From the NCBI GenBank assembly GCA_030390025.1, contig JASTWF010000033.1, positions 4,900,001 through 4,964,000 of the forward strand: a stretch of DNA of 64,000 bases. The letters are read 5' to 3'. The notes below the pieces were generated by a model, which worked only from the letters and a program-made list of their open reading frames with translations, was not told the DNA's origin and searched no databases. Below, piece by piece: positions 23,985 to 37,118 of the stretch. The DNA is from Squalus acanthias (lineage: Eukaryota). The translations under genes were made by a program, and so were the position numbers. Every line of letters starts with the position of its first letter. The first letter of the stretch is position 1.

Positions 23985-25370
23985 GACAATTCTGAAAACA
24001 CTCAGCGGGTCAGGCAGCATCTGTGCAGAGAGAAACAGAGTTAACATTTCAGGTCGATGACTTTTCATCACAACTGGAAGATATCAGAGATTAACAGTAT
24101 TAAAGCAATGATAGAATCAGAGAAAAGTGCGGTTGCATAAGGATAGAAAAAAGAGGAATGACAAATGGGATGATGTTGCAAGGCGAATGGGACAATTAAA
24201 GATACAGAAGATGGGTCTAGAGGAGGTGTAAATGGTTACAGCAGAATAACAAGGGGGAGGGGCAGTAGGGCACATGTGGCAGAGAACGTTGGGTAGACCA
24301 CAGGTGTTTGAACAACCCGCTGGATGTGTACCGGGATCGCCAAAACAAATTCCCAACCAACACTTCCCCCACTCCCAGTGGCTCTGTTGGAGCCATCCTC
24401 CATTACCAGCACATGTCGTCCGAGAAAACGGGCGCGGAGGTTATGATCTGAAGATTTTAAAATTAGTGTTGAGTCCGAAAGTCAATAAAATGCCGGTATG
24501 AAATATACGGTACTGTTCCTCAAGAGTTTAAAAGGGGAACAGTGCAGGAGGCCGAAAACAGAGAGTTCAGAGTGGGAGTGGGATGTAGAATAAAAGTGGG
24601 AAGTGACCTGAAGCTCTGGATCACACTTGCGGACTGAACGGAGGCGTTCAGCAAAGCAATTACTCAATCTGCATTTAGTCCACCCAATGTACAGGAGACT
24701 GGATCGTGGGCAGCGAATATGATTTACTAAATAGGAAGAAGTACAAGTCAATTAGTCTTTCACGTGGATGGAATGTTTGGGGCCTTGGCTGGTGGGATGG
24801 AAAGAGGGGAAAGGGCTGCTGTTGCATCTCCTGCGCTTGCATAGGAAGGTGCCGGGGAAGGGGAGCAGATGTTAGTGGTGACGGAAGAGTGGACCAGGGT
24901 GTTGCAAGAACCGGGGGGTTGGGAGTGCAGGGGAAGATAGGTTTGTTGGTGGCCTTAGCTGGACATGCCGGAAATGGCAGAGGATGATCCGTTGAATGTG
25001 AAGGCTGGTGCAGTTGAAGCTGAGGACTAGGGGAACACTATCTGGGTTCTAGCAGGGAGGGCAATGGGTGATGGGAGCAATGCAGAATTGACACGGTCGA
25101 GGGCCGTGTCAATCACAATGGAGGTGAATACTCGGCTGAGGAAATATGAAGAGATTTCGGAAGCACTGGTGCGGAAGGTGGCGTCGTCAGAACATATGCA
25201 ACGGTGGTGGAGAAACTTTGAGAATAGAATAGAGCCCTTCCAGGAAGCCGGGTGGGAGGAAGTCTATTCAAGATTCCTGTGGGAGTTGTTGGAATTATAA
25301 TAGATATTGGTGGATGGCCTAGACCCTGAAATGAAGATCGAGAAGTCGAGGAAGGGAATGGAAGACCACT
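23985..25370 (-). mobile_element. Penelope-like element 3' fragment (GIY-YIG remnant + terminal repeat)
   Basis: IRCPRSSLLYIGWTKCRLSNCFAE resembles the GIY-YIG at 56609-56860. Terminal repeat with a decayed hammerhead core at about 24040-24075. Confidence 0.75.
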
Positions 25371-25371
25371 G

Positions 25372-28150
25372 TGGTTCACCATTTAAATGTTATTCCTGTA
25401 TTTAAAATGGAAGATAGAACAATTCCATGGATCTACAGACCAGTTAGCATAACGTCGATGGGAGGAAAGATAATGGAATCCTTACTCAAAGATTTAACAG
25501 AAAAACATCTAGAAACACAAAATATAATAACGAGTAGTCAGCAGGTAACCCAAAATGGAATCAAAGAATGGTTACAGCACAGAAGGAGGCCATTCGGCCT
25601 GTCGAGCCCGTGCTCATTCTCTGCACATGCACTGCCGCTAATCCCAATCCCCGCCCTTTCACCGTAGCCCTGCAATTCTTTTCCTTCAGGTAATTATCCC
25701 ATTTCCTTTTGAAAGCCACGATTGAATCTGCCTGCACCACCCGTTTCAAGCAGTGCATTCCAGATCATAACCCAACGCTGTCTTAAAAAGTTTTTCCTCA
25801 TGTCGCCTTTGGATCTTCAGCACATCACCTAAAACTTGTGCCCTCTGGTTCTCGACCGTTCTACCAATGGGAACAGCTTCTCTCTATCTGCTCTGTCTAC
25901 TCTGTCTAGAACCCTCACGATTTTGATCACCTCTCTCAAATCTCCTCTCAATTTTTTCTGCTCTAAGGTGAACAACCCCAACTTCATTGGTATATATACG
26001 TAACCAAAGACCCTCTTCCCTGGAACCATTCTTGTGAATCTTTTCTGCACCCTCTCTAAAGCCTTCATTCCCTTCCTGAAGTGTGGTGCCCAGAATTGGA
26101 CACAAATCTCCAGTTGTGACCGGACCAATGTTTTATAAATGTTTATCATAAATTCCTTGCTTTTGTACTCTATGCCTCTGTTTATAAAGCTCAGATTCCC
26201 GTAAGCATTTTTAACCGCTTTCTAAACATGCCCTGCCACCTTCAACGATTATTGTACATATACCCCCAGGTCACTCTGTTCCTGCACCCCCTTTAGAATG
26301 TCTTGCTTGAGTAAACTTAGTGAATTCTTTGAGTAAGTACCAGAACGACTAGATAAGGGTAATGCAGTCGATGTAATATACTTTGATTTTTTAAAACCAT
26401 TGGATAAGGTACCACATAGCAGACTGAATCACAGAGCAAGTGAAGTTAAGAGACAAGCAGCAGGATGGATTGCAAACTGGCTGCAAGAACAGAAAATAGG
26501 GAACAGTGGAAAAGCTATTAACTCAGATAGGTGGATGGTGAGAAGTAAGGTTCCACATGGATCCGCGTTGGAACTGCTGTTGTTCACCATTTTCATAAAC
26601 GATATTGATTCGGGAAGCAGAAGCACAAATTCAAAATTTGCAGATGAATTACACTTGGGAACAGAGTTAATAAAGAGGAAGAATACAAAACAACACCTGA
26701 AGACATTAATTAACTTGCAGAAAGGGCGTCTAAATGGAAAATTAATTTCAATAAAGCTAAGTGAGAGGTACTGCATTTTGGTAGGAAGAATAAGGTTCCC
26801 AAATACTCCTTGGAAAATCTGAGTGGGAATGGAGTAGAGGGGTACCGATTAACAAATCATTTAAAGTGGCAATGCATGTTAACAGGGCCATAAACATGCA
26901 AACAAAGCACTGGGGTTCATTTCGAGAAGAATAGAATGGTAAAGCAAAGAGGTTAGCTTAAACTTATATCGAACCTTGGTTATACCACACTGAGCGTACT
27001 GTGTGCAGTTCTGATCTCCATATTACATAAAGGATATTAAGGCTCAGGAGAAAGTGCAATTTTTTGACAAGGAAGACACCAGAACTGAGACATTGGCCCA
27101 GAAATTGGAGTTCGATGGTTGCCGCGGGGGTAATGATCCCCCACAATATCGCACTCCGCGCCTATCTTTATGGTTTTGACCCACACAATCTTCAGTTCCT
27201 GGGTCTCTCCCTGGTGCCGGCGCGCAGTGTGTGCGTGTCCCAGAGGCGCAGTTAATTCGATGCGACCTCTGGGATCACGTGGGCCAGTTAGAGCCAATGG
27301 CAGCACTCCATCTTTCATTCATAGCTTTGTCAGCAAGAGCTGTCAATACTATGAATACAACAAGCCCCCAAAAGAACAGCTAAACCTCAATTAAATTTAA
27401 AAAATAGCCATCACATTAATAAAATAACTATAGTTAAATAAATTAACCACTTTAAACAAAAATTTAAATTTTTGAAAGCATTTAAATTCTTTTTAAAAGT
27501 TATAAAAATAAACTTACCTTTCTTTCAAGTCTCTGAAAAAGATAAACCTGTTGAAATATTTTTTAAATAATACTTAATTAACTACTTACCTTGTTAAAAG
27601 GGGGTCTTACGCCTGCTTTCTTTATGTGTAAAATCTTAAACACTTACCTGCGCATTCAAACCTGAAAAAAAAACTAAGTGCGCTGCGTGCGCACAACCTG
27701 TAGCACGCACGCGGTTCACTTAGGAACCGCACCCTTCGCAATATCCGAAGTGCCGGTTTCCCGTGCATGCGCAGTGCATGCAGGAAACCGGCACTTCGGG
27801 ACCTAATACGCGAGAGTACACAGTGCGTAATCTCCCATATTAGGTCTAATTTTCGGGCCATTATAAACATCAGGAAAGATTGAAAAGTCTGGGGCTCCTT
27901 CCTTTACAAAAGAGAAGGCCGAGGGGTGGCCGAATAGAGGTCTTTAAATTTTGAAGGGCTAACTAAGGGTAGATGTTTATACTCGTGACGTGAGTGCAAA
28001 ATTGGAGATTATCGATAAAAGAGAGTCACTAATAAATCCAATACAGAATTGAGGAGAAATGTCTTTACTCAGAGATTGGTTAGAATGTGGAACTCCCTAC
28101 AACTTGGAGTACTTGAGGCGAATAGCAGAGATGCACTTCAGGGGAAGCGA
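25372..28150 (+). mobile_element. Old CR1 interrupted by a minus-strand CR1 (about 25555-26298) and a MITE; its 3' end resumes at about 42350-42490
   Basis: Decayed RT motifs (YRPVSITS, DKVPH, VPHGS, FADE). Sequence is continuous from GGGGAAGCGA at 28150 to GAGAAGTACACGAGG at 42352. Confidence 0.7.
27095..27859. mobile_element. Non-autonomous PIF/Harbinger-like MITE, 3-bp TSD ATT
   Basis: Termini GGCCCAGAAATTGGA / TCTAATTTTCGGGCC; ATT at 27092-27094 and 27860-27862. Flanks rejoin as CR1 sequence. Confidence 0.75.
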
Positions 28151-28163
28151 GAGTCATAGAGTC

Positions 28164-31100
28164 ATCTTCTTCTTTCTTCTCTTCCTAGGCAGTCCCTCGG
28201 AACCGAGGATGACTTGCTTCCACATTAAAAATGAGTTCGCAGGTGACTGATGAGTCTAATGCGGGACCTACAGTCTCTGTCAGAGGTGGGGCAGACGGTG
28301 GCTGGAGGGGCGGGTAGGTGGGGTGCTTGGGTTGACGTGCGCTCCTTCCGCTGATTGCGCTTGGCTTCCGCTTGCTCCTGGCGAAGAGACTCGACGTATT
28401 CGAGTCCTTCCCGGATGCTTCTCCTAAACTTTGTGCGGTGTTGGGCCAGGGATTCCCAGGTGTCGGTGGGGATTTTGCACTTTTTAAAGGAGGCTTTCAG
28501 GATGTCCTTGAAGCGTTTCCTCTGCCCACCTGGGGCTCTCTTGCCGTGTCGGAGCTCCGAGTAGAGCGCTTGTTTTGGGAGTCTCGTATCGGGCATACGG
28601 ACAATTTGACCCGTCCATCGGAGCTGATCGAGCGTGGCCAAAGCTTCGATGCTCGGAATTTTGGCCTGAGCGAGAACACTGACGTTGGTGCGCCTACCCT
28701 GCCAATGGATTTGCAGAATCTTGTGTAGGCAGCGTTGGTGGTACCTCTCCAGTGCTTTGAGGTGCCTACTGTACATGGTCCATGACTCTGAGGCTTACAG
28801 GAGGGCGGGTATCACTACTGCTCTGTAGACCATGAGCTTAGTGCCGGGTTTGAGATCCTGGTTTTCAAACACTCTCTTCCTCAGGCGACCGAAGGCTGCA
28901 CTGGCACACTGAAGGCGATGTTGGACTTCGTCATCAACGTCTGCCCTTGTTGACAGTAGGCTCCCGAGGTAGGGAAAGTGGTGCACGTTGTCCAAGGCCT
29001 TGTCGTGGATTTTTATAATCGGCGCAGTACTGTGTGGCGGGCTCAGGTTGGTAGAGGACCTTTGTCTTACGGATGTTTAGTGTAAGGCCCATGCTCTCGT
29101 ATGCTTCCATGAAGCTGTTAACGAAGGTTTGGAGTTTGACCTCCGAGTGAGTGCAGACGCAAGCGTCGTCAGCATACTGTAATTCGACGACAGAGGATGG
29201 GACGACCTTGGATCTGGACTGGAGGCGACGGAAGTTGAACAGTTTCCAGTTTGTTCTGTAAATTATCTCCTCTCCAGCGGGGAGCTTTCTGAGGGTGAGA
29301 TGGAGCATTGCCGCAATGATGTTCGAGAAGGGCGTTAGTGCGATGATACAGCCTTGCTCGACCCCGGTCTGTACATGAATTGGGTCTGTGGTGGAAACGT
29401 TGGTCAGGATCACGGCTTGCATGTCATCGTGAAGCAGGCGGAGGATGGTGACAAACTTTTGAGGGCAGCCGAATTTGAGGAGGATGCTCTATAATCCATC
29501 ACGGTTAACAATGGCACAGGCCTTGTGAGGTCAAAGAATGCCATGTACAGCGGTTGGTGCTGTTCCTTGCATTTCTCTTGTAGTTGACGTGCGGTAAAGA
29601 TCATGTCCATTGTGCCGCTTAGTGGGCGGAATCCGCATTGCGACTTTGGGAGGAGCTCTTCAGCAACTGGAAGAAGGCGATTGAAAAGGATTCTTGCGAT
29701 GATATTCAATGTGGCAGACAGCAGGGAAACTCCTCTGTAATTACCGCAATCGGACTTTTCACCTTTCTTGTAGATGGTCACAATTACGGCGTCTCTGATA
29801 TCCCCTGGCATGCACTCCTCCTTCCAGATAAGAGAAATTAGTTAATCAAATTCGCGCCAGTAGTGTTTCTCTGCAATGCTTTAGCGCCTCGGCAGAGATT
29901 CCATCTGCTCCTGAGGCTTGCTTGTTCTTCAAATGTCGGATGGTCATTTCAACCTCATGCCGGGCTGGGGTTTTGCTGAGGGGGTGGTGGGTAGCATGCT
30001 GCGGGATGGAGTTGAGGACTCTCGCGTCGGAGACAGAGTCTCGGTTAAGGAGATCATTCAAGTGCTCCTTCCAGCGGCCATGACTGTCCTTGATGAGTAC
30101 CTCTCCGTTCTTGGCCCGCAGTGGGGCAGGACCTTGGATGCTTTGGCCATAGATGGTCTTGATTGCGCTAAAGAATCCACGCACGTCGTGGTTGTCCACA
30201 AGCTGCTGGATCTCCTGCGCTTTCCCCACCCACCATCTGTTCTTTAGGTCGCGAGTTTTCTGTTGGACCTCAGAATTCAGGCGTCTGTAGAGCTGCATTG
30301 TTGCTCTCGAGTTGTGTTGCTGTTTCCAAATCAGGAATGTCTTGCGCCTACGGCTTATTACCTCCTGGATCTCCTGGTCGTTCTCGTCGAACCAGTCTTG
30401 GTGTTTCCTTGCCGAGTGACCGAGCGTCTCTTCACAGGTGCTGATTATGGAGGCCTTGAGTGCAGACCAGGCGCTGTGGACACTCTGTGTCACTGCATCA
30501 CTGGGGGTCGTCAGGTTGGTTGTGAGACGCAGGCTGAATAGAGCTTTCTTAGCAGGGTCTTTGAGTGCTCCAGCGTTGATTTTCCTGCGGCATTGTTTCT
30601 GTTGCCGCCGCTGTTTTGGGGCTACATTGATGGAGATGACAGAGTGGATTAGGCCGTGTTCTGTCCAGCAGACGTCAGCTCCTGTCATGGCACGGGTGCT
30701 GCCTATATCCTTGCGGTCCCTCGCTCGGACGATGACGTAGTCCAGCAGGTGCCAGTACTTGGAGCGAGGTTGCTGCCATGAAGCCTTGTGTTTGTCTCTC
30801 TGACGGAACAAGGTGTTGGTTATGACAAGGCCATGTTCTAAGCATTTCGTCAGGAGGAGGGTACTGTTGGATTTGAATATCCCTACCCCCTCTCTGCCGA
30901 TCACACCTCCCCAGAGGTCTGTGTCCTTTCCAACTCTGGCGTTGAAGTCGCCAAGGAGGATCAGCTTGTCACCCTTTGGGACTCGGGACAGAGATTGTTC
31001 GAGGCTGGAGTAGAATTCCTCTTTGATCTCGTCTGTGACTTCCAGTGTTGGGGCATACACACTGATGACGGTTACGCACTGGTTCCGGGCTAGGGTGAGC

Positions 31101-31524
31101 CGTAGAGTCATGAAGCGCTCGTTTATACCGCAAGGGGAGTCTCTGAGACGCCCAACTAGTTCATTTTTTATGGCGAAGCCTACCCCATGGAGGCGGCGTT
31201 CTTCTTCAGGTTTGCCTTTCCAGAATAAGGTGTAGACACCGCCTTGCTCCTTGAGCTGGCATTCCCCTGCCGACCGGGTCTCGCTTGGGGAGGCGATATC
31301 AATGTCGAAACGTCTGAGCTCACGGGCAACGATAGCAGTACGGCGTTCCGGTTTGACACTGTTGGGGGTGTCCATGAGGATCCTGACGTTCCAGGTCCCG
31401 AAGTTCATTTTAAAGAGTAGAAGATGCCTGTGCGTGAATTATTTTAACGTGGGGTGGCCGTTGCACACCAGCTGCCACATGGGCTTGACAGAGCAAGGTC
31501 TTGGCCAATGGCAAGGGGATCCAA
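28164..31524 (-). mobile_element. RTE-clade LINE, nearly full length, frameshifted
   Basis: The single ORF is in pieces: APE (GTWNVR, LGDFNARVG, LLDYVIV), RT (NYRGVSLL, QCGFR, LQYADD) and a decayed C-terminal zinc finger (ISHLRTH). GAA-rich tail. Confidence 0.9.
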
Positions 31525-34500
31525 GACATAAGGACATAAGAACATAAGAAATAGGAGCAGGAGTAGGCCAATTGGCCCCTCGAGCCTGCTCCGCCATTCA
31601 ATAAGATCATGGCTGATCTGATCCTAACCGCCAATCTACTATCACAGAACCATCTCCTGAATCTAACAGAATTGGACACACGAAATAGGAGCAGGATCAG
31701 GCTACACGGCCCCTGGGCCCGCTCCGCTACCCACAGGGCCATGACCGATCCGAACCTAGACTCATGTCCAAATTCCTGCCCACTCCCCGTAACCCTTAAT
31801 TCCCTTTACTTCTAGGAAACTGTCTATTTCTGTTTTAAATTTATGTAATGATGTAGCTTCTACAGCTTTTTGTGGCATCATATTCCATGGACCTACCACC
31901 CTCTGAGGGAAGTAGTTCCTCCTCATCTCAGTTTTGAAAGAGCAGCCCCTTATTCTAAGACTATGCCCCCTAGTTCTAGTTTCACCCATCATCAGGAACA
32001 TCCTCCCTGCCTCCACCCGATCCAACCCCTTCACAATCTTATATGTTTCAATAAGATCGCCTCTCATTCTTCTGAACTCCAATGAGTAGAGTCCCAATCT
32101 ACCCAACCTCTCCTCATATGTCCATCCCCTCATCCCCGGGATTAACCGAGTGAACCTTCTTTGTACTGACTCGAGAGCAAGGATGTCTTTTCTTAAGTAT
32201 GGACACCAAAACTACATGCAGTATTCCAGGTGCGGTCTCACCAATACCTTGTACAACTGAAGCAATACCTCCCTATTTTTATATTCTATCCCCCTGGCAA
32301 TGAAAGCCAACATTCCATTGGCCTTCTTAATCACTTTCTGCACCTGCATACTAACCTTTTGAGTTTCGTGCACCAGGACCCCCAGATCCCTTTGTACTTC
32401 AGTACTTTCCAGTTTCTTCCCATTTAGATAATAACTTGCTCTGCTATGTTTCCTGCCAAAGTGCATAACCTTACACTTTCCAGTATTGTATTCCATCTGC
32501 CAAATCTCTGCCCACTTACTTAGCCTGTCTAAGTCCCCTTGCAGGTTTTTTATGTCCTCCTGACTCACTACTTTCCCTCCCATCTTAGTATCATCTTCAA
32601 ACTTCGATATGTTACACTCGGTCACCGCCTCCAAATCGTTAATATAGATTGTAAAGAGTTGGGGACCCAGCACTGACCCCTGCGGAACACCACTAGTTAC
32701 TGATTGCCAGTCTGAGAATGAACCACTTAGCCCAACTCTCTGCCTTCTGTTAGATAGCCAATCCTCTATCCATGCCAGAATATTACCCCCAATCCCGTGA
32801 TTTTTTATCTTAAGCGTATATCTTTTGTGTGGCACCTTGTCAAATGCCGTTTGTAAGTCTAAATACACCACATCCAATGGTTCCCATTTATCCACCCTGT
32901 GTGTTACTTCCTCAAAGAACTCCAGCAAATTTGTCAAACATGACTTCCCCTTCATAAAACCATGCTGACTTTGTCCTATTAAATTATGATTATCCAAATG
33001 TCCCGTTATTGTCTCCTTAATAATGGACTCCAAAATTTTACCTACCACAGATTTTAGGCTAACCGGTCTATAGTTTCCAGCCTTCTGTCTACTGCCCTTT
33101 TTAAATAAGGGTGTTACATTAGCAGTTTTCCAGTCTGCCGGGATCTTTGCTGAGTCCAGGGAATTTTGGAAAATTATTACCAATGCATCCACAATCCCTA
33201 CCGCCACTTCCCTCAAGACCCTAGGATGTAATCCATCAGGTCCAGGTGATTTATCCGCCTTGAGTCCCATTATTTTACCGAGTACCACTTCCTTAGTGAT
33301 TTTGATCGTGTTTAGCTCCTCCACCCCCCTATAGCCCCCTGTTTGTCCAGTGTTGGGATATTCTTAGTGTCCTCTACTGTAAAGACTGATACAAAATATT
33401 TATTCAGTGTTTTTGCCATCTCCATATTTCCCACAATTAATTTCCTGGTCTCATCCTCTAAGGGACCAACATTTACTTTAGCCACCCTTTTTCTTTTTAT
33501 AGAACTATAAAAACTCTTAGTATCTGTTTTTATATTTTTTGCTAATTTACTTTCATAATCTATCTTCGCTTTCTTAATAAATCTTTTTGTTATTTTTTGC
33601 AGTCTTTTAAAGATTTCCCAATCCTCTATCCTCCCACTAGATTTGGCTACCTTATAACCACTTGTTTTTTGTCGAATACTATCCTTAATTTCTTTACTTA
33701 GCCACGGATGACTGTCTTTTCTTTTACACCCTTTTCTTCTCAGTGGAATATATATTTTTGGGAAGTTGTAAAATAACTCCTTAAATGTACACCACTGATC
33801 ATGTATCGACTTACCCTTTAATCTATTTTCCCAATCCACTCTACTCAATTCCGCTCGCATACCTTCATAGTCTCCTTTATTCAAGCTTAGCACGCTTGTT
33901 TGAGATCCAAACTTCTCACCCTCTAATTGAATATGGAATTCAACCATGTTATGGTCACTCATTTCAAGGGGATCCTTTACTAGGACATTTTTAATTAATC
34001 CTGTCTCGTTATACAGGACCAGATCTAAGGTTGCTTGCCCCCTCGTCGGTTCAGTTACATACTGCTGAAGAAACCCATCCCTAATACACTCAGTGAACTC
34101 ATCCTCAAGGCAGCCCTGCCCAATTTGATTTGTCCAATTAATATGATAGTTAAAAGCCCCCATAATTATAGATGTTCCCTTATTACAAGCCTCAACTATT
34201 TCCTGATTGATACTCCGTCCAACAGAGTTGCAACTATTCGGAGGCCTATAGACTACGCCCACTAATGTTTTTTCCCCTTATTATTCCTTATCTCCACCCA
34301 AACTGTTTCATTATCCTGATCTTTTGACCCAATATAATTTCTCTGTGTTACAGTGATTGCTTCCTTTATTAAAATCGCCACACTACCTCCCCTTCCTTCC
34401 TGCCTGTCCTTCCTGATCGTTAAATAACCTGGTATGTTTAATTCCCAGGCATTGTCACCCTGCAGCAATGTTTCTGTAATGGCCACAAGATCATACCCAT

Positions 34501-36533
34501 ATGTAGTTATTTGTGCCATTAACTCGTCTATTTTGTTACGAATGCGACGTGGATTCAGATAGAGAACTTTCCAATATGTTTTGTGACACTTAGTTCCTGT
34601 TTTTGCCCTTTTTATTACTTTACCTTTTACTCCATACCTTCTGCCCCTTTCTGACACACTCTGGTTTTTAATTTCCCCACTGCTACCTAAGTCTATGACC
34701 TTCTCTGTTGTCATTTTTATTATTTGCTCTCTAGGAACCTCCCCCTCACTAGTTAGTTTAAAGCCCTCTCTACAGCCCTAGTTATGTGATCCGCCAGGCT
34801 TCTAGTCCCAGCACTGGCCAAGTGAAGCCCGTCCCAACGGAACAGCTCCCTCCTGCCCCAGTACTGGTGCCAGTGTCCCAGGAAGCAAAACCCATTTCTC
34901 CCACACCAGTCTTTGAGCCACTCGTTTAACTCTCTAATTTTATTTGTCCTAGCCAAATTCGCTCGTGGCTCAGGCAGTAATCCAGAGATTATTACCCTTG
35001 AGGTTCTGTTTCTAATTTTACCCCAAGCTGCTCATACTCCTTTAACAGAACCGGCTTCCTTGTCCTATCTACGTCGTTTGTACCAACATGGACCACGACA
35101 ACTGGATCCACCCCGTCCCACTGCAAGTTTATTTCCAGCCCAGAGGAGATGTCCTGAACTCTGGCACCGGGCAGGCAAGACAACCTACGGGACTCTCGCT
35201 CTCGGCTGCAGAGAACCCTATCTATCCCCCTAATAATACTATCCCCTACCACTACAACATTTCTATTTACTCCCCCTCTTGAATGGCCCCCCTTTTCACG
35301 GTGCTGTGGCCAGGTTGCTCATCCTCCCTGCAGTCCCTGCTCCTGTCCCCACAGGAGTAAGAACCTCGAACCTGCTGGACAAGAGCAAGGGCTGCGGCTC
35401 CTCCAACAGTACCCCCTGGATCCCTGTACCTGCCTCACTCGTAGGCACACCGTCCTGTCCCTGACCATGTGCTACATCTGAATTAATTAACTTCATAGGT
35501 GTGACCACCTCCTGAAACACAGAGTCCAGGTACTTCTCCCACTCCCTGATGTGTCGCAGTGTCTGAAGCTCAGACTCCAGCTCATCAACACAGAGCTGGA
35601 GTTCCTGTAGCAGCAGCCACTTTTCACAGATGTAATCACCGTGAGCCTCAATGGGGTCCACCGGCTCCCACATCTCGCAACAGTAACACATCACCTGCTC
35701 CATTCTATGTAATTAATCACCTTTTTTATTGTTAGTTATGGACACTCTCTACCCGATTATAGATGCCAGTATCCCCTTTAATGAATTGGATTTAAATTCA
35801 ATCAAACACTCTAAATTACACCAGTTAAATGGTTTACCAACAGTCACTCTGCACCAGAAAGGTCTTATTAACTACAACCTTCAGAGTTAAAGTTTGAAAA
35901 GAGCACCCTACACCCGAACTCACACTTACCCAAACTCACAGCACTCTCTGCTGGCTCGCACTAGCTCTGGTCTTTTTATACTGTTTGTTTGTTTACATCC
36001 AAATGAGGCACCCGTGCTGATAGGTTAGAAAACTGGTTTCCACTGCCTGCTGTGCCAATTTACTCCTACTTCAGTGTAACCTTGTTTTACTCTTCTTCTT
36101 CTTTTATTCAAATACAATAATACCTGTACAGCTCATCAATTACATAGTAAATCCATTACATAGTAAATCCATTAGATTCATCCATCACAGTAAAAAAATA
36201 AAGCCGTAAAAACAGCCTTATAATTAATAGAAATGCAATGATTACTTTTACAAATAATCAATAATGTTTACAGTACAAATACCCTTAAACAATTCCACAC
36301 AACTTTTTAGATTTAAAATAATAAATCTCAAAGTTAACTACACATAAAACAAACCATTTCAACACCAGTGTACAGTTTTACTCTTCTTAAACCAACAGAA
36401 TCCCAAATATATTACTTTTCCCCTTCACTTTAACTGCTTAAGTACTCTTATCAAGAATGATTTAAAGAGAACTGACAATTAAGGAACTCTCACACTTGCC
36501 CAAATTCACAGCACTCTCTGCTGACTCGCACTC
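31525..36533 (-). mobile_element. Full-length CR1 LINE, same subfamily as 6024-10164, with 5' UTR; ORFs frameshifted
   Basis: ORF1 pieces 34753-35703 (CYCCEMW, GDS, GTND, DGLHL), ORF2 pieces 31762-34714, shared unusual 3' UTR, 8-bp tail. Confidence 0.9.
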
Positions 36534-37118
36534 AGTATTTTGCTATCTTATATTCTATGCTTCGGCTAATGAAGGCAAGTATCCCAGATGCCTTTTTAAA
36601 CACCTGGGGGTAAAAATTCAGTTGGTTGCGCCTCCCGTTAGCGCCTTAAATGGGCGCTAATGGGGCGTTAAGGCGCTAACGCCCGGGCGCAGCGCTGTTT
36701 GCGCCGCTCGAGAACTTAACTTGAGATTGTGCGGCAGCGCTAAAACTTACCGCTGCGACCACCTGCGCGCGCAGATTGTGACGTCAGTCCGTGGTGCAAC
36801 GCCCTTGGGGCGCCCCGGAGCGGAAATTGAGTGGCGCCCCCTGCCTTACCGCCTGGCGCTTCCAACGACCGGAAGACTGGAACGTTATCAATCGGTCTGG
36901 GGCTGGGGGGGGCGCTATTTAAAGGGGGCCTCTTCCTGTCTTTTTCTGTGGTCGACATTTATGCACCACTCGTTCTGAGAGAGAGAGAGAGATTCGGAGA
37001 GAGAGAGAGAGAGACTTCTACATTGACTCAACGCTTTGTGAGGTAGTTTTGCCTAGTTCATCCTAACTTTGCTGCTACTTTCGTTGCTGTACCTCATTAC
37101 TTTTCTGGCAAAGAGAAG

